Source: Fibrobacterota bacterium
GTDB lineage: Bacteria > Fibrobacterota > Fibrobacteria > UBA11236
Assembly: GCA_043753995.1 (NCBI GenBank)
Contig: JAYUVP010000036.1
Span: 1 to 29,610, forward strand
Length of the DNA stretch: 29,610 nt
Direction: 5' to 3'
Below, in pieces: positions 22,145-29,610 of the stretch. The notes below the pieces were generated by a model. That model had not been told where the DNA came from and ran no database searches. It saw nothing but the letters and a program-made list of their open reading frames with translations. The translations under genes and the position numbers were made by a program. Within the stretch, counting starts at the first letter, position 1; every line of letters starts with the position of its first letter.

Positions 22145-24427
22145 ATGAAAGCGTTGATTTTCCTGGCCTGTCTCCTAGCGGGGGCATCGCATGCGGCTCC
22201 TCCAGCGGAGCTGGTGCGCAAGTACGAAGATGTAAAGAAGGAAAACGAGGCGACGCCTTATCGGCTTGAGATCAATGCCTATCTGGATCTCATCCTGGAA
22301 TCTTCGCGACGAGCCGCTGAAAAAAATGATTTTCCCCAAGCGGAAGAATATCTCGCTAAGGCCCAAAAGCTGGTCGCATTAAAAAGGACTTTTAAAGAAG
22401 CACCCAAAAGTGTCGGCTACGAATTGAAATGGCTGAGGCGCGGAAAGGTTCACTTCCTAGGAGTGGTCGGCGACACGGTATCCATCACCGCCGTCCCCGT
22501 GCAGAATTGGGAGCAATACCACTACATCACCGGCCCCGGGAATCGCACGGTATTTAAAAGCAAGGTCAAAACCGATAGGGTCTCCAGCCAGGACTTCATT
22601 GTGGAGCCTAAGCAGGAAGGCCTCTATACCTTGCATTTGAAGCAATCGTACGTGTATCGCATCACCTTTCGAAAAACTAAAAAAGTCGTTTTTGAACCTG
22701 AAAGAGAATTCACAAGTCTATTCCAAAACCAAGCCCATTCAGCACCGCTCTGGTTCCGCGTACCCGAAGGAGCTAAGGAGTTGAAGGTGATAGGGACAAA
22801 TTTGCATGGGTCCAAGGGAAGTGCGGCCACCCTACGCTTTAACCCGCAGGCGAACAGCCAAGAGACCGTTGTGGATTTGCCCGAATTGAACGAAAAGAGC
22901 CTGGCTCGAAAATTGAATATTAATGTGTCAGATTATAAAAGCGATTGGAGCAGCGACGAATCGGACGTCGCCAATTATCGAATTGTAACAGAAAGCAAGA
23001 CAATACTTACTCCCAAGCCTGGGATGTGGAGGCTGAATGCTTATACCACATCGCATCAGGCGGATGACATCGGGGTATGGCTCGAAGGGGTGCCTAATTA
23101 CCTGGCACCTGCGCCTGAGGCGTGGTTTCAACCGGAATTCACCACCGGCCGGGCCGCCATCACCTTGGACACGGGCGTAACATCCAAACGTCCTGAAGTC
23201 GGTTCGGTATGGGGCTGGCACAGTCATGTCGATCTAGCCCGTTCGGCTTATACTGGTCTCGGTCTTGCCAGCGATCTCATTTTCATTTCCCAGCGCCATG
23301 TCGAACCGGAAAATGACAATGGGGATCCCGCGAAATGGGTTGCCAGCAGCCATGCATTCGACAAACACTTGCTTGGGCGAATTCAGGCAAGTCTAGCCAC
23401 TCCAAGTGTGAAAGCGACCGTATTGCCGATCATCAATCCTTCCGATTGGCTGGTCAAGCTTGAAAAATCGGGAGCAGACGCGGCGCTACGGGAGGCGGGT
23501 GAATTTTTTGAAGCAACGGTGCGATACCTGGCTCCCATGGTCAACAATTCAACACGGCAATATTATTTCCAATTTCATAACGAGGCCAATCACTTCATGC
23601 GCAGGTCGCGCTTCTTGGAATACATGCGCGAACTAGGTGCGCGCAAGAAAGCCATGGGAAAAGAGTTCCCTGCAAACTTTCACCTGGGTGGCCCGGCAGT
23701 CGGTAATGGCGTGGATGAAAAGGACGTGGTGAACTGGGATTGGGTGGAGTCTCAAATTCGAGAGGGTGACTCGTATCTCGATGCGGTCGTCATCAATCAA
23801 TACCATATCCAAGAGCTTATCGATACCTGGCAATTTCGGCATATCATCGACTCAACGCGAAAGCTCATCGTAAAGCACAACCAAGATGGCATCCTTGAGC
23901 CCATCGTTCTGGGCCAGGTGAATATGCGGGAAGGAGTCTATCTCCAAAGCGAGCTGCAGGATGGATTCTACAATGCCTTATGGTGGTTATCCTCGCTGGC
24001 GAATATCTGCCAAGCCGGAAGTCAGGTGGCCTTGGTGGACTATTTCATGCTCGCCGATGCCGGGGCTCGCAAAAAAGGCATGTATAACGCGGATGGGAAA
24101 GCAAAGCCGGTTGCCCTGGCGACGGGGAGGTTTTTACGGCATGTCGAAAGCGAAGTGGTCGCAGCCAAATCCGACCACGATGGCCTGGATATTCTCGCAA
24201 CCCGTTCGAAGGATGGCAAACGCTGGACCTTTGTTTATGTGAATAAAACAAGGGGTAAAATGGAGATCTCTCAAAATTGGGTGCCGGCCAAGGTGGCGAA
24301 TGTAAAACTTGTCACCCTGAACGAAAACCATCCCGGCGGCTTCGAATCGGAATTTCCGATGCCTCAAGGAAAAGTTGAAACCACCTTGGCTCCGCAAAGC
24401 GCGGCCTTCTTGATCATGTCGCTCTGA
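22145..24427 (+). CDS. secreted protein with C-terminal clan GH-A (GH39-like) barrel and beta-sandwich
   Basis: Signal peptide; FQFHNEAN, LGGPA, LDAVVINQY, PIVLGQVN, KGMYNADGKAKP and the terminal TLAPQSAAFL match the GH39/GH30/GH51-like layout; AAAGGA RBS. Confidence 0.7.
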   Translation: MKALIFLACLLAGASHAAPPAELVRKYEDVKKENEATPYRLEINAYLDLILESSRRAAEKNDFPQAEEYLAKAQKLVALKRTFKEAPKSVGYELKWLRRGKVHFLGVVGDTVSITAVPVQNWEQYHYITGPGNRTVFKSKVKTDRVSSQDFIVEPKQEGLYTLHLKQSYVYRITFRKTKKVVFEPEREFTSLFQNQAHSAPLWFRVPEGAKELKVIGTNLHGSKGSAATLRFNPQANSQETVVDLPELNEKSLARKLNINVSDYKSDWSSDESDVANYRIVTESKTILTPKPGMWRLNAYTTSHQADDIGVWLEGVPNYLAPAPEAWFQPEFTTGRAAITLDTGVTSKRPEVGSVWGWHSHVDLARSAYTGLGLASDLIFISQRHVEPENDNGDPAKWVASSHAFDKHLLGRIQASLATPSVKATVLPIINPSDWLVKLEKSGADAALREAGEFFEATVRYLAPMVNNSTRQYYFQFHNEANHFMRRSRFLEYMRELGARKKAMGKEFPANFHLGGPAVGNGVDEKDVVNWDWVESQIREGDSYLDAVVINQYHIQELIDTWQFRHIIDSTRKLIVKHNQDGILEPIVLGQVNMREGVYLQSELQDGFYNALWWLSSLANICQAGSQVALVDYFMLADAGARKKGMYNADGKAKPVALATGRFLRHVESEVVAAKSDHDGLDILATRSKDGKRWTFVYVNKTRGKMEISQNWVPAKVANVKLVTLNENHPGGFESEFPMPQGKVETTLAPQSAAFLIMSL

Positions 24428-24462
24428 TGATTCGGGTCGAACCGCCCTCCCCTGTGGGCCCG

Positions 24463-25344
24463 CTATTTAGTGGCCACCACCTGAACTTTGACAAAGGGCC
24501 GGAGGCACAGGGATCGGGCAATCCGTTTATGTCGGTGGGGTGGCAGTCGAAGCAAGACGCTCTCAATGCCGATAAGGAGAGACTTCGGAGTGCGAAAAAC
24601 CCATCGGTTGCCGCCGGAGTAGGTCGCGGACTTGCGAAATCCAGCCGAATGGAACAAGCGAATCAATTCGAGGTTGGTGAATTCTTGAATATGGAAACCG
24701 GTAGGCTTGAAGTCGAAGTAATAAGAAATATCATGAGGCCCCGAAAGCGACGAGGGCGTGATGCAAATGTATTTGCCGCCGGGTTTCAAGACGCGTCGAA
24801 TTTCTTCCAATTGCCGCCAGGCATCCTCGGGATGAAGGTGCTCCATCAATTGATTGCTGTAAACGATATCAACCGAATCGGATTCGCAAGGGATATGGAC
24901 GCCGTCGGTAATGGCCATGCGGAAATTCGCGGGTACATTCTCAGCCCGGGAAATTTCGGGCGAAACGTCGACACCTATGACTTCGCGAAAATGCGCGCAC
25001 ATGGAATGGGCGAAGCTGCAATCGCCGGGGCCTACTTCAACGAAGGTTGCTTCTCGATCCACGAATTTTCTGACCAACGCGAACTGCTTGCCAAGAGTCC
25101 GTTTCCGCCTTTCCGGGCTGGACTTCTGCAACAATTGCGGGTGGTTCGGCGTGCGCAAAAACATTTCGTCATAAAGGCTGCCGTACAAGGCCAGCCTGTC
25201 TGGTCCATTCGCCGTGCGAAGGCGGGAAGCCAATTCCTTTTCAACGAGATAGTCCCGATACAATTCTTCGGGAGATCGCACTTCGCCGTGGCGAACGGGG
25301 TTCAGCAATGGAGCTGGCATTCTTGGAATATTATCAGTTATCAT
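24463..25344 (-). CDS. class I SAM-dependent methyltransferase
   Basis: FVEVGPGDC (motif I), GVDVS, DSVDIVYSNQLMEHL and RVLKPGG. Start uncertain (ATG 25344 or 25320). Confidence 0.88.
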   Translation of the reverse strand: MITDNIPRMPAPLLNPVRHGEVRSPEELYRDYLVEKELASRLRTANGPDRLALYGSLYDEMFLRTPNHPQLLQKSSPERRKRTLGKQFALVRKFVDREATFVEVGPGDCSFAHSMCAHFREVIGVDVSPEISRAENVPANFRMAITDGVHIPCESDSVDIVYSNQLMEHLHPEDAWRQLEEIRRVLKPGGKYICITPSSLSGPHDISYYFDFKPTGFHIQEFTNLELIRLFHSAGFRKSATYSGGNRWVFRTPKSLLIGIESVLLRLPPHRHKRIARSLCLRPFVKVQVVATK

Positions 25345-25362
25345 CGAGGAGCAAAATAGCAA

Positions 25363-26751
25363 GTGACCGCCCTAGTTCAGACTTTGCCTTTCCTTCTTAT
25401 CATGCTCGCATTCAGCCTGGTGGCGAGCTTTTCGCCGGCGATCGGCCTTATCGCCGTGATAGGCGTATTCGGCGGCCTTTTTGTATTCGCGCGAAAACCA
25501 TTTTGGATTCTTTTGGCAATAGTCGGATTGGTCCCGATGGACGCCCTCGCGAAGTTCGGCGACATGCTCTCCTTGACCAAGCTCATCTTCCCACCTCTGC
25601 TGGCCATAGTGGTTTGGCAAAAGGTGGTGGAAAGAAAAAGCTTGTGGGTTAAGCAGCCGCAGCGCACAGCCGTGATTGGTTTTACCATCGCCATCCTAAT
25701 CTCATTTCTGCTTGCGGAAAATGGCGAGTACGCTCTCCTTTCCCTGAAAAAATACGCTAGCCTGCTCATGCTCTACTGGGTCGCATTGATGGTCATCGCC
25801 CGTGTGCGGGATATCAGCCATCTTCTCTATGTCATTGTCATAACCTGCGCCATTTCTGCTGGAGTGGGGTTACTCGGAATGCTCACGGGAATTGATACGG
25901 GTTTTTCGGGTGAATGGGAAGGCGTGGCCAGGGCGGGAGGCATGTCTTCCGAAGATCCCAACACCTTCGCGATGAACGTATTGGTGGCTTTCTTCATTGC
26001 TGGGAGTTTGCTTATAAGTTTCAAGTCCCTGCTTATACGCTCCGCATTCATTCTGTGCATCATCACCTTTTCGCTCAGCTTGGTTTTTTCTTTCTCCCGG
26101 AGCTCCTTGGTGGCCTTGTTTCTGGGAGCCGCCTTTTTCTTCTGGAGCCGACGCAAAGAATTTCAGTGGAAATGGGTTTTCGTTTTCATGCTGATCATGG
26201 GGGTCGCCGTGGCTCCTTTTATTCCCCAGGAATATTATGACCGAATTGCAACCTTGGGTGATATCGGTACCACCCAGGACGTTTCATTGCGCAGGCGTAT
26301 GGCATATCATTTCATCGGCCTCGACTTGATTTCCAAGTCACCGATTTTTGGAGTCGGACCAGGAAATTTCCCACATTACTTTACCTCCCAAGAATTCAGG
26401 TATGTCGCCGACACCTTCGGACATGCCCGCAGGTTACATAATATGTTTCTCAGCGTGGCGTCGGAAATGGGACTATTCGGTCTGGGATGCATGCTTGTAA
26501 TCATCGCAACCAGTTTTAAATATTGCAATGAGATCATACGCAAGGCCCGGGAATTGGGCATGCATGAACATTGGCGGAATGCCCAGGCATTGAAGTATTC
26601 CCTCTTTACCTTTCTGGCCGGTTGCGTTTTCCTGCCAGCGGAATATTCTAAATACCTTTGGATTATTTTCGCCTGCATTTCCCGCATGTATGAGATCTTC
26701 AAGGAAGAATCGGGGGCCGGGGAAAGTTCCTCAGGAAAACCTAATACATGA
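25363..26751 (+). CDS. O-antigen ligase / Wzy-type polymerase family membrane protein
   Basis: Many TM helices; RAGG..EDPN, SFSRSS, PIFGVGPGNF and HNMFL..SEMGLFG motifs; GAGGAG RBS before GTG. Confidence 0.9.
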   Translation: MTALVQTLPFLLIMLAFSLVASFSPAIGLIAVIGVFGGLFVFARKPFWILLAIVGLVPMDALAKFGDMLSLTKLIFPPLLAIVVWQKVVERKSLWVKQPQRTAVIGFTIAILISFLLAENGEYALLSLKKYASLLMLYWVALMVIARVRDISHLLYVIVITCAISAGVGLLGMLTGIDTGFSGEWEGVARAGGMSSEDPNTFAMNVLVAFFIAGSLLISFKSLLIRSAFILCIITFSLSLVFSFSRSSLVALFLGAAFFFWSRRKEFQWKWVFVFMLIMGVAVAPFIPQEYYDRIATLGDIGTTQDVSLRRRMAYHFIGLDLISKSPIFGVGPGNFPHYFTSQEFRYVADTFGHARRLHNMFLSVASEMGLFGLGCMLVIIATSFKYCNEIIRKARELGMHEHWRNAQALKYSLFTFLAGCVFLPAEYSKYLWIIFACISRMYEIFKEESGAGESSSGKPNT

Positions 26752-27827
26752 AGATTCTGATGCTCATACATCACCTGGGAATCGGCGGGGCGGAAAGGAT
26801 ATTCGTCGATCTCTCGGTGGCTCTTTCGAATTTGGGCATAGAAGTCATTGCATGTAGTCTGTCTCCGGGAGGGCCGCTGCTTGCGGATTTGGAAAAATCA
26901 GGGATTCGACATGTGCAGCTTCGTAAAGGTGCGTTGCGTTTCCCAGTTGCTTTTACTTTAGCCCGGCTTCTCAGGCGTGAAGGGGTTGATATTCTTCACA
27001 CCCATGAATTTTCAGCCTCGCAGTGGGGGCGCCTCGCCACCCGGCTCTATCGGGTTCCTATTGTCCATACCGAACATGCTGTAAAGGGTTGGATTAAACC
27101 GCGCAAACATGGATTGGTGAATTTCATCTTAGGAAATCACTATGCCAAGATCGTATGCGTCAGCGATGCAGTAAGACGCAGCCTGGAGGGTATTTACCCA
27201 CACGACCTACTCAAAATTATTCCGAACGGAATTTCCACGTTACGACTTACCCTCTCCCGTTCGCATGGGGATCTGCGTGCAGAATATGGAATTCCAACTG
27301 GCCATTACGTGATTGGGACGGTAGGTAGGTTGTCCCAAGAAAAAGGATCCGACATATTTCTAAAGGGTTTAGAAATATTGAAACGCAACCGTGATGACTT
27401 CGTGGGCATGGTAGTTGGAGGCGGCGTTGAGCGAGAAAGTCTGGAAGCTTTAGCGAGAGACCTTGACTTGGGCCCGAATTTGCGTTTTATAGGACCAGTC
27501 ACGAATCCACAGGATTTTATGGGGATGTTCGATGCCGCCGTTTTTGCATCGCGGGAGGAGTCTTTCGGTTTAGCTGTGGTGGAACAGTCTTGGTTTAGTG
27601 CCCCCATACTTGCAACTGCGGTGGGTGGATTGCCTTCCCTGGCTGAGGCTTTACCTGGCATTCATCTTATACCAAAAGAAGATCCTGAGAGTATTGCCGA
27701 GCGATTGGGAATATGGATGGATACTAAGCCCGTCCCTGTCGATGCTTCAGGAATCATTCGAGATAAGTTTTCAATCGAACGGACAGCCAAGGATTATATA
27801 GAGGTATACCGCGATTGCCTGGCCTAG
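26748..27827 (+). CDS. glycosyltransferase family 4
   Basis: LGIGGAER, DILHTH, HTEH, VGRLSQEKG and EESFGLAVVE (EX7E); ATGA overlap with the upstream gene. Confidence 0.93.
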   Translation: MKILMLIHHLGIGGAERIFVDLSVALSNLGIEVIACSLSPGGPLLADLEKSGIRHVQLRKGALRFPVAFTLARLLRREGVDILHTHEFSASQWGRLATRLYRVPIVHTEHAVKGWIKPRKHGLVNFILGNHYAKIVCVSDAVRRSLEGIYPHDLLKIIPNGISTLRLTLSRSHGDLRAEYGIPTGHYVIGTVGRLSQEKGSDIFLKGLEILKRNRDDFVGMVVGGGVERESLEALARDLDLGPNLRFIGPVTNPQDFMGMFDAAVFASREESFGLAVVEQSWFSAPILATAVGGLPSLAEALPGIHLIPKEDPESIAERLGIWMDTKPVPVDASGIIRDKFSIERTAKDYIEVYRDCLA

Positions 27828-27831
27828 GCGA

Positions 27832-29376
27832 CTACTCGTTGGAGGAAGCGGCAGGAACGACACGTTTCCGATCAAAAAAGTTCCTGATGGGCTCAGCTGA
27901 TTTAATTCGAAGCAAGAAGGCGGGCATAAGCAGGACGAAAAATGAGACGCCCATGATTCCAAAAGCCAAAAGTGGTTTACCGATGAACCCTGTCTTTGGG
28001 ATCAAGAAAAGAAGGGGTGTAGCGATGGCAATGGAAAGAAATGTTTTTCCAAGATCAACTAAATCGGAACGCGATACACGTAATAATCCCATGTGATGAA
28101 TAAGGGCACCGCCAGTAAGGCAAATGGACCAAGATGCAAGACTGGTGGAGTCGGCTATTCCCTGGGCTCCGAAAGTCTTGGCCATCATTGAATTGCCTAT
28201 GAAATTGACAAGCACGTTCAAGCTGCCAATGATGGTCAAGGGTAGAATGCTGCGATTGAGATAAAGAATCATGTAAAATATCTGATTCAAGCAAATAGGA
28301 ATAATGCCTAGGCCATAAGCCTTGAGGTTGTCTGAGGTGGAGCGAATGGCATTCTGTGAAAATTCACCGTATCCGAATAAGAGGGTCACCACATTTTGGC
28401 TGTAGAAAACCAGGAGCACCATGATAGCCCCGGCTATCAAGATGATGGTATGGATGGCGGATCCGAGGTGGTCATGCACTTTTTCATAGTCCTTGGCCTG
28501 AATCCACCTCGCCAGCGAGGGAAACATCGCGGTGGACAGCGGAATCACGACAAGATTTGGGATGACGAGGATGATTTTCTGTGCCATGTCCAAGGTGGTT
28601 ACTGCTCCTGCGCCTAAAAAGCTGGCGAAGTGTTTTCCCACCATTCCATTTAAATGCGCAGCTAAGCTTCCAATGAGAATGGGAATAAGGGCCGGTACCA
28701 AGGGAGACAGATAAGCGAGGGAGTATCGGTTGGAGACCGCATAATTGCGAACGAACCGCATCAGCATTGGAAAAAGGATGACGGCCTGAATGATTGCTCC
28801 AGCATAGAGTCCGAAAAACACTGAATCCAAACCGAAGCGGGAATGCAGAACAATCAATCCCGCTATAGAAAAAACCTTGTATGCAGCCGTGGCCAAAGAG
28901 GGTAGAAAGAACTTTTCCTCTGCAAAAGCCAGGGATTGCAAGGTGCTGTTCAGGGAAAGCAAAAGCAACAGTCCGAGACTCTTGATGAAATAGCCTTGCA
29001 CCAAGGTTAAAATTCCAGGCGCGAATCCTGGGGCAACCGCCCCCATCAGTGGTGCCGAGAACACCCAAAGCAGGATAATGACACCTAGTGAAACAATTCC
29101 AGTGGAAAGGACGAAGCTGATGAAAAATTCCCAAAGCCGCCCTGGTTCGCCTTCTTTGAATTTCACAATCTGGGGTATCACCAACATGTTGACGATTCGC
29201 AAAATGTCGTCCGACAGCCCCAATGGAATGATCAAGGCAACCAAAAGCGCGTCGGTATAATCGTTAGCGCCAAAATAGGTGACCAGCAGGGTATTGAATA
29301 AAAGCCCACATGTCATGCCTATGAGCTTGAAGAAAAAGACGTAACTGCCATTCCGAAGCCATTTGCTTTTCATCAC
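27832..29376 (-). CDS. MurJ/MviN-family (MOP superfamily) flippase
   Basis: About 14 TM helices; YFGA...DA, APGF, FASFLGAGAVTTL, STAMFPSLA and LFGYGEF motifs of MviN. Start GTG 29376 or ATG 29373. Confidence 0.88.
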   Translation of the reverse strand: MMKSKWLRNGSYVFFFKLIGMTCGLLFNTLLVTYFGANDYTDALLVALIIPLGLSDDILRIVNMLVIPQIVKFKEGEPGRLWEFFISFVLSTGIVSLGVIILLWVFSAPLMGAVAPGFAPGILTLVQGYFIKSLGLLLLLSLNSTLQSLAFAEEKFFLPSLATAAYKVFSIAGLIVLHSRFGLDSVFFGLYAGAIIQAVILFPMLMRFVRNYAVSNRYSLAYLSPLVPALIPILIGSLAAHLNGMVGKHFASFLGAGAVTTLDMAQKIILVIPNLVVIPLSTAMFPSLARWIQAKDYEKVHDHLGSAIHTIILIAGAIMVLLVFYSQNVVTLLFGYGEFSQNAIRSTSDNLKAYGLGIIPICLNQIFYMILYLNRSILPLTIIGSLNVLVNFIGNSMMAKTFGAQGIADSTSLASWSICLTGGALIHHMGLLRVSRSDLVDLGKTFLSIAIATPLLFLIPKTGFIGKPLLAFGIMGVSFFVLLMPAFLLRIKSAEPIRNFFDRKRVVPAASSNE

Positions 29377-29444
29377 GTGGCACGGCCTTCAGGTTTGTAT
29401 GCCAAAGGCTGTTTCCTTTTTTTGATTCCAATAAGCAAACACTT

Positions 29445-29461
29445 TGGCACAAAGAGTGCCC
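29445..29461. promoter_or_regulatory. palindromic GGCAC-N5-GTGCC site, sigma54-like on both strands
   Basis: Plus TGGCACAAAGAGTGCC and minus GGGCACTCTTTGTGCC both satisfy GG-N10-GC; about 70 nt upstream of the flippase. Confidence 0.35.
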
Positions 29462-29610
29462 AAAATATGCACGGGTAGCCACCTAAAATCCCCTTCGGCC
29501 AGACGCAGCCGAGCCACGAATCCTAAATAATCAAGGCGGCGAGAAGGGAACCCGAAAAAATGAGATCCGATGAAAATGCGGGAAATTTTCGCATGAGTTG
29601 CCGGCTTACT

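Noticed and set aside
25357..25365. TAG-CAA-GTG as a stop read-through fusing the bridge ORF to Wzy
   Set aside because: Wzy has its own GAGGAG RBS and nothing else supports read-through.

Overview
Bacterial chromosomal window (about 45-57% GC in spot counts) with no rRNA, tRNA, CRISPR or transposase. Left to right: a truncated fabF-type ketosynthase coupled to an ACP gene; a secreted PL1 pectate lyase; a six-gene TtpB/TtpC-ExbB-ExbD-TonB-TPR energiser operon with no receptor gene; a hypothetical lipoprotein; a phosphate-scavenging neighbourhood (di-heme bCcP/MauG lipoprotein, PhoX/DUF839-like phosphatase, 5'-nucleotidase) interrupted by a GH5 enzyme with an inserted CBM-like module; a propeller-Ig-RCC1 secreted protein; and a Wzy-type polysaccharide locus (GT4, GT2, Wza-like, GH39-like, antisense methyltransferase, Wzy/O-antigen ligase, GT4, MurJ-like flippase). 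The most interesting signals are: (1) a shared ~45-aa C-terminal tail (PT[SA][IL]...A[SD]GR) on the two unrelated plant-polysaccharide enzymes, a candidate sorting signal; (2) a Sec-type PhoX paired with an imelysin-like/di-heme enzyme, a candidate iron-loading system; (3) a GH-A protein with Gln at the predicted nucleophile; (4) a 310-codon antisense ORF exactly bridging an inverted gene in the EPS operon; (5) a multi-stem structured intergenic element. A Fibrobacterota-like origin is inferred from protein style only.
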